Positions 51,218 to 64,000 of a stretch of DNA of 64,000 bases are shown piece by piece (the first letter of the stretch is position 1; every line of letters begins with the position of its first letter). Both the position numbers and the translations under genes were made by a program. The notes beneath the pieces were generated by a model that was not told the origin of the DNA, made no database searches, and saw only the letters and a list, made by a program, of their open reading frames with translations. The DNA is taken from contig CAZCEZ010000007.1 in the NCBI GenBank assembly GCA_964497795.1, positions 3,655-67,654 of the forward strand, written 5' to 3'. The stretch comes from an uncultured Acidimicrobiaceae bacterium (GTDB taxonomy: Bacteria > Actinomycetota > Acidimicrobiia > Acidimicrobiales > Salinilacustritrichaceae).

Positions 51218-53872
51218 TCAGCCGTCGGTGGGGGTGCGGAGGCGCACGACCCACGTGGCGCCGTCACCGCGGCCCGCCGCGGGGGCGGAGCCGCCAGCGC
51301 CGTCCGGGGACGGCTCGACGGCGGGCTCGACGGGGGCGGCGTCACGGTCGCGGACCGCGGTCGCCACGCCGCCGGACCGGCCACGGGTCGCCCGGTCGCC
51401 GTCGACGACGTCGGCCACGGCCGTGACGGCGCGGGCGAGGTCGTCCCGCGTGACCGGGTCGCCGGCGTCGGGGCCGGTCGTGTCGGGGCCGGTCGCGTCG
51501 GGGCCGGTCGGGACGGGCGCCTCGTCGACCGTCGCGCCCGTGGGCGGCTCGGTGGTGGAGACGTCGGTCTCGGGGGCCAGGTGGCGGGGCGTGCCCTCGA
51601 CGTTGAGCTCGGGCAGGGCGCGGTCGAGCCACCGGGGGATCCACCAGTTGCGCCGACCGAGCAGCTGCATGGTCGAGGGCACCAGCAGCATGCGGACCAG
51701 CGTGGCGTCGAGCAGCACGGCGAGGCCGAGGCCGGTGCCGAAGAGGCGGGTGATCCGGTTGTCCTCGAGGAGGAACGAGCCGAACACCACGACCATGATC
51801 GCCGCGGCCGCCGAGATGACCCGGGCGGTGGCCGCCAGGCCGTCGGCCACCGAGTCGGTGGCGTCGTCGTGGCGGGCGTACTCCTCCTTGATGCGGCTGA
51901 GGAGGAACACCTCGTAGTCCATCGACAGGCCGAAGACGATGGCGAACATCATCATCGGCACGAACGGCTCGATGGGTGCGGCCTCGATGCCGGTGACGTC
52001 GGACGTCCAGCCCCACTGGAACACGGCGACCACGACGCCGTACGCGCCCGAGATCGACAGCATGTTCATGATGACGGCCTTGATCGGCACGAGGATCGAG
52101 CGGAACACGAGCATCAGCAGGACGAAGCTCACGAGCAGCACCACGCCGAAGAACAGCAGGCTCCGCTCGCCGAGGTAGTTCGAGAAGTCCATGGAGCCCG
52201 GCACCTGGCCGGTCAGCACGACCTCGAGCCCGTCGGGCTCGGCGGCGGGGATCACCTCGTCGCGCAGGCGCTGCACCGTCTCGTCGGTGGCCTCGTCCTG
52301 GGGGGCCGTGGCCGGGATCACCTGGAGCAGGGCGGCGTCGGAGGCGGCCGGGTCCTCCAGGTCGCTGGGGATGACCGGGCTGACCCCGACGACGCCGGGG
52401 TCGGCGGCGATGGCGTCGGCCACGACCTGCATCGACGCCAGGTCCGCGGGGTCGTCGAGGCGGGCGACGGCGAAGAACGGGCCGTTGAAGCCGGGGCCGA
52501 AGCCCTCGGCGAGCAGGTCGTAGGCCTGGCGGGTCGTGGTCTCCTCCGGGAAGTTGCCCTCGTCGGAGAAGCCGAGGCGGATGCCGAAGATGGGCAGCGA
52601 GATCACGACGAGCAGCAGCGTGCCGGCCACGGCGATCGGCCAGGGCCGCCGCTGGATCTGGCGGCTCCAGCGGTGCCAGCCGGTCTCGCGCAGCGGCTTG
52701 CGGCGGCGGGGCGGGACCTCGCGGCGCAGCGGCCCCACGACGAAGGACGCCAGCACGGTGAGCACCGCCGCGCCCATCAGCGCGCCGGCGAGCCGGGGCA
52801 GCTGCAGGCCGGTGGCCACGAAGCCGGCGGCGACGAAGGCGGCGGCGATCAGGCCCCGCCACCGCGTCACCTCGACGCGCAGCTTGGCGAAGCCGAGCAG
52901 GGCGGGCAGCAGGGTCACCGAGGCGAGCAGGGTCACGAAGACCGTGGTCGAGGCGGCCAGGCCGAGCCCGGCCACGAACTGGAGGCCGATGAGGAGCAGG
53001 CCGAGCAGGGAGGCGACGACGGTGACGCCGGCGAACACGACGGCGCGGCCAGCCGTGTCCATGGCCCAGCCGGTGGCCGTCTCGGTGTCGTCGCCCAGCT
53101 CGAGGTTCTCCCGGAAGCGGGTGACGATGAACAGGGCGTAGTCGATCCCCACGCCGAGGCCGATCATGGCGCCGATGATCGTCGCGAACTCGGGCACGAC
53201 GGTCAGGTTCGAGAGCAGGCCGGCCAGCGCGACGCCCACGGACACGCCGCAGATGGCGGTGCCGATCGGCAGGCCCATGGCCAGCACCGACCCGAAGGAC
53301 ACGATCAGGATGACGATCGCGAAGCCGAGGCCGATGAGCTCGGACTCGGGCGGCTCGAACTCGGCGAAGGACTCGCCGCCGACCTCGACCCGCAGCCCGG
53401 GGAGGTCGGGGGCCGCCTCCTGGATGAGGACGCCGATGTCGGCGGCGGCCCCCGGCTCGGAGAAGGCGCCGGGCACGAACACCTCGGCGAAGGCCACCTC
53501 GCCGGCGAGCGGGCCGTCCTGGGCGATCTGGCGGCCGCCGAGGGGCGTGTAGGGGCTCGTGACCCGGGCGTCGGTGCGGGACTCGACGGTGGCGAACAGC
53601 GACTCCATGGCCGAGCGGACCTCGGGGTCCTGCACGCCCTGGTCGGCCTGGAACACGATCGTGCCCCGGATGCCGTCGAGGCCCACGCCGCCGAAGGACT
53701 CCTCGAGGATCTCGAGCCCGGTCCCGGACTCCGACGCCGGCGCCTCGGTGTCGTTCGAGAAGGCGGTGCCGATCGTGCTGGACGCCACGTTGACGCCGAT
53801 CACGAGCGCCACCCAGATGGCCAGGACGATCACGCGATGGCGGTAGCACCACCGGCCGAGGCGCAGGTACAT
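51218..53872 (-). CDS. MMPL-family (RND superfamily) transporter with a ~150-aa low-complexity C-terminal tail
   Basis: 'MYLRLGRWCYRHRVIVLAIWVAL'. Two 6-TM bundles, 'GIDYALFIVTRFRE' and 'SMDYEVFLLSRIKE'. Confidence 0.9.
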   Translation of the reverse strand: MYLRLGRWCYRHRVIVLAIWVALVIGVNVASSTIGTAFSNDTEAPASESGTGLEILEESFGGVGLDGIRGTIVFQADQGVQDPEVRSAMESLFATVESRTDARVTSPYTPLGGRQIAQDGPLAGEVAFAEVFVPGAFSEPGAAADIGVLIQEAAPDLPGLRVEVGGESFAEFEPPESELIGLGFAIVILIVSFGSVLAMGLPIGTAICGVSVGVALAGLLSNLTVVPEFATIIGAMIGLGVGIDYALFIVTRFRENLELGDDTETATGWAMDTAGRAVVFAGVTVVASLLGLLLIGLQFVAGLGLAASTTVFVTLLASVTLLPALLGFAKLRVEVTRWRGLIAAAFVAAGFVATGLQLPRLAGALMGAAVLTVLASFVVGPLRREVPPRRRKPLRETGWHRWSRQIQRRPWPIAVAGTLLLVVISLPIFGIRLGFSDEGNFPEETTTRQAYDLLAEGFGPGFNGPFFAVARLDDPADLASMQVVADAIAADPGVVGVSPVIPSDLEDPAASDAALLQVIPATAPQDEATDETVQRLRDEVIPAAEPDGLEVVLTGQVPGSMDFSNYLGERSLLFFGVVLLVSFVLLMLVFRSILVPIKAVIMNMLSISGAYGVVVAVFQWGWTSDVTGIEAAPIEPFVPMMMFAIVFGLSMDYEVFLLSRIKEEYARHDDATDSVADGLAATARVISAAAAIMVVVFGSFLLEDNRITRLFGTGLGLAVLLDATLVRMLLVPSTMQLLGRRNWWIPRWLDRALPELNVEGTPRHLAPETDVSTTEPPTGATVDEAPVPTGPDATGPDTTGPDAGDPVTRDDLARAVTAVADVVDGDRATRGRSGGVATAVRDRDAAPVEPAVEPSPDGAGGSAPAAGRGDGATWVVRLRTPTDG
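51467..51511 (-). repeat. 3 x 15-nt near-perfect in-frame tandem repeat in the mmpL tail
   Basis: GTCGGGGCCGGTCG[T/C/G] at 51467-51481, 51482-51496 and 51497-51511, encoding 'TGPDATGPDTTGPDA'. Confidence 0.9.
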
Positions 53873-53905
53873 GGCGGGTCCTCCCGGTTCGCCGACGCCG
53901 CGAGG

Positions 53906-54556
53906 CTACCGAGGCACCCGGTCGGCACCCCATTCCGGACCGTCCGGAACGTCCGGTTCACCGCCGGGGGTCGGGCGGGCGCCCTCGTGGGACAGGAGCC
54001 AGGCCTTGCGGTCCACGCCGCCGCCGTAGCCGCCGAGGGAGCCGTCGCTGCGCACGACCCGGTGGCAGGGCACGACGAGCCACACCGGGTTCGCCCCGTT
54101 GGCCGAGCCGACGGCCCGCGTCGCCGCCCGGTCGCCGACCGCGGCCGCCAGCTCGGCGTAGGACGCGGTCGTCCCGACGGGGATGGCGCGCAGCGCAGCC
54201 CAGACCCGCCGACGGAACGGGGTCGCCACCTCGTGGACCACGGGGTGGACCTCGACGTCGTCGAGGGCCGCGAGGTCGCCCGCCACGTAGGCGGCCACGG
54301 CCCGGGCCGGGGCCGGCGGGTCGACCGGGTCGGCCTCGACCCAGTCGCCGCCGAGCGCGGCGCGCACCGGGCCTGCGACCCGGTCGAGGTGGTCGGCCCA
54401 GGCGAGGGCGACGACGCGGTCGCCGGCGCAGGCCACGGACAGGTCGCCGACGGGCGTGGGGACCGAGGCGACCTCGACGACGGGGCCGTCGCCGGCGCGG
54501 CGGTCGGGGGCGCGGCGGTCGGGGGTCCGGGTGCTGGAGGAGGCGGGGGTGCTCAC
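53906..54556 (-). CDS. ogt: Methylated-DNA--protein-cysteine methyltransferase
   Basis: GTG at 54556 (GTGA overlap with ada-alkA). Active site 'VVPCHRVV', 'NPVWLVVP'. Confidence 0.85.
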   Translation of the reverse strand: MSTPASSSTRTPDRRAPDRRAGDGPVVEVASVPTPVGDLSVACAGDRVVALAWADHLDRVAGPVRAALGGDWVEADPVDPPAPARAVAAYVAGDLAALDDVEVHPVVHEVATPFRRRVWAALRAIPVGTTASYAELAAAVGDRAATRAVGSANGANPVWLVVPCHRVVRSDGSLGGYGGGVDRKAWLLSHEGARPTPGGEPDVPDGPEWGADRVPR

Positions 54557-56157
54557 GTCGGGGTCTCCGTCGGGATCGGCGGGCGGGGTGCGTGCCACAG
54601 GTGGGTGGCGGCGTAGGACCGCCACGGCCGCCACGCCTCGGCCCGGTCCCGGGTGGCGGCCACGTCGCGCGACGACGTGCCGCCGGACACGACGCGGGCG
54701 AGGTGGAGGTCGCCGGCCGGGAAGGCGTCGGGTTCGCCCAGGCGCAGCGCCACGTACTCGGCGGTCCAGTCGCCGACGCCGGGGAGGGCGACGAGTCCGG
54801 CGACCAGGTCGGCGTGCGGGACCGCGCCGTCGAGGGCGAGGTCGCCGTCGAGCACGGCACGGGCCAGGAGGCGCACGGTGCCGGCGCGACGGCCGAACAG
54901 GCCGAGCGCCTCGAGCTCCTCGTCCACGAGGGCGTCGGGGCCGGGGAAGGCCCGGGCCGGCCGGTCAACGGGCCCGGGTGGACGGGGGTCGGCGGGGCCC
55001 ACCGGCGCCCCGTGGGCGGCCACGATCCGGGACAGGACGGTCCGGGCGGCGGCGACGCTGACCTGCTGGCCGACCACGGCCCGGACCGCGGCCTCGAAGC
55101 CCGACCAGGTGCCGGCCACCCGCAGGCCGGGCCGTGCGGCGACGAGCGGGGCCAGGAGCGGGTCGCCGCCCAGGTGCGCGTCGACGGCCTCGGGGTCGGC
55201 GTCGAGGTCCCACCAGCGGCGGACGCCGGCCACCACGGCAGCGAGGTGCGGCCGGAGCGCCGCGTCCACCTCGACCCGCACGGCGGGGGCCGGCGGCTGG
55301 GTGCCCGTGGTCGCGCCCCCGGCGACCCGGACGACGCCGACGGCGCCGCCCACCGCCACGGCACGGGACACCGCGTGACCGTCGACGACGTCGAGGCCGG
55401 GCACCGCCCGGGCGGCGAACCAGTCCAGGAGCGAGCCCGGGTCGAAGGGGGCCCGCACCGGGAGGCGGAGGGCGAGGGCGTCGCCCTCCGGGCTCACCGG
55501 GGCCGCCCCCGCCGGCCGGCGGGCGGCAGCGTCGCGGCGCAGCTCGGTGGGCGTGCGCCCGAAGGTGGCCCGGACCACGTCGTTGCACTGGCGGACGCTG
55601 CCGAAGCCGGCGGCGAAGGCGACGTCGGCCACGGCCAGGTCGGTCTCGGCCAGGAGGCGTCGGGCGAGGTGGGCCCGCCGGGACCGGGCCACGACGTCGG
55701 GCGAGGTGCCGACCCGCTCGGCGAACAGCCGCCGGAGGTGGCGCTCCCCCACGGCGAGGCGGCGGGCCAGGGCACCGACCGTGCCGTCGTCCAGCGCGCC
55801 CGCCTCCACGAGGCGCAGCGCCCGGTCGACCACGTCGGCGCCGCCGCGCCACGCGGGCGAACCGGGCGCCGCGTCCGGCGCGCACCGGCGGCACGGGCGG
55901 AAGCCGGACGCCTCGGCGGCGGCCGGGTGGCTGTAGAAGGCCACGTTGGCCGCCTTCGGGGTGCGGGACGGGCAGACGGGGCGGCAGTACACGCCCGTGG
56001 TCCGCACCCCGACCCAGAACCGACCGTCGAAGCGCGGGTCCCGGCTGGCCAGGGCGTCGTAGCACCGGGCCGGGTCGAGGGCCGGCTCGACGACCGGGTC
56101 GACCAGGCAGCCCGGGTCCGGCGCGGCGTCCGGGCGGCGCTGGGGCGGGCGGGTCAC
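54553..56157 (-). CDS. Ada N-terminal Zn/AraC regulatory domain fused to AlkA-type DNA-3-methyladenine glycosylase II
   Basis: GTG at 56157. 'FWVGVRTTGVYCRPVCPSR...GFRPCRRC' (Ada Zn), AraC HTH 'ADVAFAAGFGSVRQCNDVVRATFGRTP', HhH-GPD 'LVALPGVGDWTAEYVALR'. Confidence 0.85.
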   Translation of the reverse strand: MTRPPQRRPDAAPDPGCLVDPVVEPALDPARCYDALASRDPRFDGRFWVGVRTTGVYCRPVCPSRTPKAANVAFYSHPAAAEASGFRPCRRCAPDAAPGSPAWRGGADVVDRALRLVEAGALDDGTVGALARRLAVGERHLRRLFAERVGTSPDVVARSRRAHLARRLLAETDLAVADVAFAAGFGSVRQCNDVVRATFGRTPTELRRDAAARRPAGAAPVSPEGDALALRLPVRAPFDPGSLLDWFAARAVPGLDVVDGHAVSRAVAVGGAVGVVRVAGGATTGTQPPAPAVRVEVDAALRPHLAAVVAGVRRWWDLDADPEAVDAHLGGDPLLAPLVAARPGLRVAGTWSGFEAAVRAVVGQQVSVAAARTVLSRIVAAHGAPVGPADPRPPGPVDRPARAFPGPDALVDEELEALGLFGRRAGTVRLLARAVLDGDLALDGAVPHADLVAGLVALPGVGDWTAEYVALRLGEPDAFPAGDLHLARVVSGGTSSRDVAATRDRAEAWRPWRSYAATHLWHAPRPPIPTETPT

Positions 56158-56251
56158 GGATCGATCCTGCCCCACCCGGGACCCGGCGTCTGGCGGGATC
56201 CGGACCTGGGAGCGCCCGTGGCGCACCGACCCCTGGCTACGGTGCGGCGCC

Positions 56252-56992
56252 GTGAGCTCCCCCGATGCGCCTCCCACGACCGATCCCGCCGGCGACGGCC
56301 CCGTCCACGTCACCATCGAGGACGGCGTGGCCGTCCTCCGCCTCGACGACGGCAAGGCCAACGCGGTCTCGCACCTCCTGATCGACCAGGTCCACGCCGC
56401 CCTCGACCGGGCGGCCGAGGAGGCCACGGCCGTCTGCTTCGTCGGGCGCGAGGGGCGGTTCTCGGCCGGCTTCGACCTGTCGGTGATGACGCAGGGCGCG
56501 GACGCGGCCCGCGGGCTGGTCCGGGCCGGCGGCGAGCTGATGGTCCGCGTGTACACCCACCCGCAGCCCACGGTCGCCGCGGTGACGGGCCACGCCCTGG
56601 CCGCCGGCGCAATCCTGTGCCTGGCCTCGGACACCCGGATCGGGGCCGACGCCCCGGCCAAGATCGGCCTGAACGAGACGGCCATCGGCATGGGCCTGCC
56701 TTGGTACGGCATCCGCCTCGCCGAGGCCCGGTTGTCGAAGCGGCACCGGACCCGGGCGATCCTCCAGGCCGAGATCTACGACCCGGCCGGGGCCGTCGAC
56801 GCCGGGTACCTCGACGAGGTCGTGCCCGCCGACGAGGTCGTCGACGTCGCGATCGGCCGGGCCCGGGCGCTGGGCCAGCTGCCGCGCGGCGCCCACGGGT
56901 TCACCAAGGGCCGCCTGCGCGACGCCCTGGCCGCCGAGATCCTCGACGGCCTCGACGCCGACATGGAGGCCATGGTCCCGCCCGGGACCTGA
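56252..56992 (+). CDS. Crotonase/enoyl-CoA hydratase superfamily protein
   Basis: 'VAVLRLDDGKANAV', 'FVGREGRFSAGFDLSVM', 'AAVTGHALAAGAILCLASDTRI'. Confidence 0.8.
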   Translation: MSSPDAPPTTDPAGDGPVHVTIEDGVAVLRLDDGKANAVSHLLIDQVHAALDRAAEEATAVCFVGREGRFSAGFDLSVMTQGADAARGLVRAGGELMVRVYTHPQPTVAAVTGHALAAGAILCLASDTRIGADAPAKIGLNETAIGMGLPWYGIRLAEARLSKRHRTRAILQAEIYDPAGAVDAGYLDEVVPADEVVDVAIGRARALGQLPRGAHGFTKGRLRDALAAEILDGLDADMEAMVPPGT

Positions 56993-57036
56993 CCGGCGGA
57001 CCCGCTCGCCCGGGTCGGTGGCGGCCGGGGGCGGGC

Positions 57037-58167
57037 TCAGCGGCGCAGGACGTGGAGGGGCGTGGTCCCCAGGCCCTTGAGGTCGCGGGGCCGCAGCGAG
57101 CGCGTCCGCAGCACCGGGTCGTCGCTGCCCTCGACGAGCTCGGCGAGGGCCCCGTCGACCAGCACGGTGCCGGGCCGGGCCCAGCCCACCAGGCGGCTGG
57201 CGAGGTTGACCGTCGGCCCGAACACGTCGCCGAGTCGGGACAGCACAGGCCCGGCCGCCATCCCCACGCGCAGCTCGGGGCGGTCGCCGCCGAACGCGTC
57301 GACGAGGTCCAAAGCCAGGTGCCCGGCCTCGGCGGCCTCGTCGGTGCCGAGGGTGAAGAGCACGGCGTCGCCGATCAGCTTCACGACGCGCCCGCCCCGG
57401 TCGGCGATGATCTCCGTGGTCGTGGCCTCGAAGGACTCCACCAGCTCGGCGAGGTCCTCCTCGGGGAGCTGGCCGGACAGGCGGGTGAAGGACACGACGT
57501 CGGCGAATCCGACGACGGCCTGCTCCTGGTCCTGGGTGGCCCTGGCCGTGCGGCGCGTCGCACCGGCGTGCAGGTGCCGGCGCAGCAGGTAGGTGAGCTC
57601 CCGCTCGATCAGGGGCGTGACCAGCTCGGCGGCGAGCACGACGAGGTCGTCGTCGTCGCCGTCGGGGAGGTCGACGAGCTGGTCGAGGCCCTGGTCGACG
57701 ATGGAGAGCAGGGCGTCGGCGACCCGGCCCATGGTCTGGCCGAGCAGTCGGGTGAATCGGACGGCGAGCTCCTCGCCGACGCCGGTGGCGGCCAGGTAGT
57801 CGGCGATGGCGCGCAGCGCCTCGGTGTCGGCCGCGGTCAGCGACTCGGAGTCCTCGGGCAGGTCCGCGAAGCCCATGGCCCGCCACAGCCGGCGGGACAG
57901 GTCCTCGCTGGCCCGGGTCGCTCCCCACACCTCGGGCGGGCGCAGGTGGAGCGGCTCGCCGAGCAGGGTGACGGCGAGGGCGAGGCGGCGGAGGGCGTCG
58001 TGGCCCTCGTCCTCGGCCCGGGCCACCCGCTCCTCGTCGACGCCCCGGGCGAGCAGGAACGCGGCCAGGTCGACGCCGCCGCTGGCCGCTGCGGCCTGCA
58101 CCTCGGTGCCCGCACCCTCCGGATCGGGTGTGACCGGGAGCCCGTCGCCGGGGGTCGGGTCGCTCAT
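57037..58167 (-). CDS. Class III adenylate cyclase with Rv1264-like N-terminal regulatory domain
   Basis: ATG at 58167 (ATGA overlap with the upstream lipoprotein stop). Catalytic 'VVGFADVVSFTRLS', 'GGRVVKLIGDAVLFT', 'LRVGMAAGPVLSRLGDVFGPTVNLASRL'. Assignment of the N-domain is from pattern memory only. Confidence 0.85.
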   Translation of the reverse strand: MSDPTPGDGLPVTPDPEGAGTEVQAAAASGGVDLAAFLLARGVDEERVARAEDEGHDALRRLALAVTLLGEPLHLRPPEVWGATRASEDLSRRLWRAMGFADLPEDSESLTAADTEALRAIADYLAATGVGEELAVRFTRLLGQTMGRVADALLSIVDQGLDQLVDLPDGDDDDLVVLAAELVTPLIERELTYLLRRHLHAGATRRTARATQDQEQAVVGFADVVSFTRLSGQLPEEDLAELVESFEATTTEIIADRGGRVVKLIGDAVLFTLGTDEAAEAGHLALDLVDAFGGDRPELRVGMAAGPVLSRLGDVFGPTVNLASRLVGWARPGTVLVDGALAELVEGSDDPVLRTRSLRPRDLKGLGTTPLHVLRR

Positions 58168-58823
58168 CGGACCACGGTGCACGCGAGCACCACGCCGGTC
58201 TCGACCTGGCACTCGGCCAGGAGCGCCGGCCCGAGGGCCATGGCGAAGGCGCCCTCGCCCACCGAGACGATGGCCGGCGTCCCGGCGTCGTCGTCGGCCT
58301 CGATCGGCTGCCAGGGCTCGAACCGGGCGATGGCGTTCGCCGACGCCACGTTCCGGGCGCCGATGCGGTCGCCGGCCACGACGGCGTCGAAGAAGGCCTG
58401 CGCCGCCGCGCCCGTGTCACCCGCGCCCTGCGCCCCGCCGACCCACTCGGGCAGGCAGCGGTCGCGGGCCAGGTCGTCGAGGTCGGCGGAGGCGGCGAGG
58501 ACCCGGCCGGTCCGGTCGTCCTCGCCGACGACGGCGGCGAGCTCGTCCACCTCGGGGTCGTCGGCGGCGTCGACGACGACGGCGAGGTTCGCCGGGGTCG
58601 GCTCGCCCAGGTAGTCGAGGTAGGCGTCGCAGAAGCGGACCGCCGGCGCGGCCTCCTCGGTGCCGCCGCTCCCGTCCGCGTCGTCGTCTCCCCCGTCGCC
58701 GCCCGAGCAGGCGGCGCCGGCCACGGCCAGGAGCAGCACGGTCGCGGCGACGGCGCGGCGGCTCGGGCGCGGCCAGGCCCGCGGACGCGTGGAGCTCTCG
58801 ACCCGACGGCGCATCGACGTCAC
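58164..58823 (-). CDS. Hypothetical lipoprotein
   Basis: 'RRAVAATVLLLAVAGAAC|SGGDGGDDD'. The start could instead be the ATG at 58814. Confidence 0.6.
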   Translation of the reverse strand: MTSMRRRVESSTRPRAWPRPSRRAVAATVLLLAVAGAACSGGDGGDDDADGSGGTEEAAPAVRFCDAYLDYLGEPTPANLAVVVDAADDPEVDELAAVVGEDDRTGRVLAASADLDDLARDRCLPEWVGGAQGAGDTGAAAQAFFDAVVAGDRIGARNVASANAIARFEPWQPIEADDDAGTPAIVSVGEGAFAMALGPALLAECQVETGVVLACTVVR

Positions 58824-58839
58824 CCTAGGGACGGCGCGG

Positions 58840-64000
<5,161 letters not shown>

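Overview
Very GC-rich (roughly 70% by eye, not computed), densely coding chromosomal window of actinobacterial type. The taxon is inferred from KatG, MmpL, galU-moeA synteny, an Rv1264-like cyclase and many lipobox proteins. I call about 52 protein genes. I found no rRNA, tRNA, CRISPR array, transposase or integrase by eye. Many of the long ORFs in the supplied track are antisense or alternate-frame artefacts of high GC. Several real genes are only the C-terminal part of a listed ORF, so I re-derived their starts from SD sequences and stop/start overlaps. Most genes are housekeeping: katG, moeA, galU, plsY, mtnP, uppP, tldD/pmbA, dxs, dus, maf, an ABC-F ATPase, ada-alkA/ogt, mmpL, and a giant single-chain acyl-CoA carboxylase that runs off the 3' edge. 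The stand-out region is 15.6-33.7 kb. It holds an 11-gene minus-strand operon (30384 down to 15576) in which almost every junction is a stop/start overlap. The operon joins a MoxR AAA+ / DUF58 / cysteine-free transglutaminase-like module to an atypical Liv(HAAT)-type ABC transporter. That transporter consists of a fused LivH-LivM permease and a tri-domain 12-TM MFS + LivF + LivG protein. The operon also encodes five lipoproteins (one a ligand-less cupredoxin-like protein) and one membrane-anchored protein. A divergent pair opposite it encodes a membrane-anchored, Cys-rich LivK-like binding protein and a PPC-domain surface protein. I cannot assign a function; the linkage itself is the candidate undescribed system. 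Secondary points of interest are a 502-bp gene-free region with a 30-nt tandem repeat and strong hairpins (possible sRNA), a TetR/diiron-oxygenase/truncated-FMO unit with a palindrome, a 15-nt x3 in-frame tandem repeat in the MmpL tail, an orphan soluble histidine kinase with duplicated PAS domains, and two class III cyclases in unusual operon contexts.
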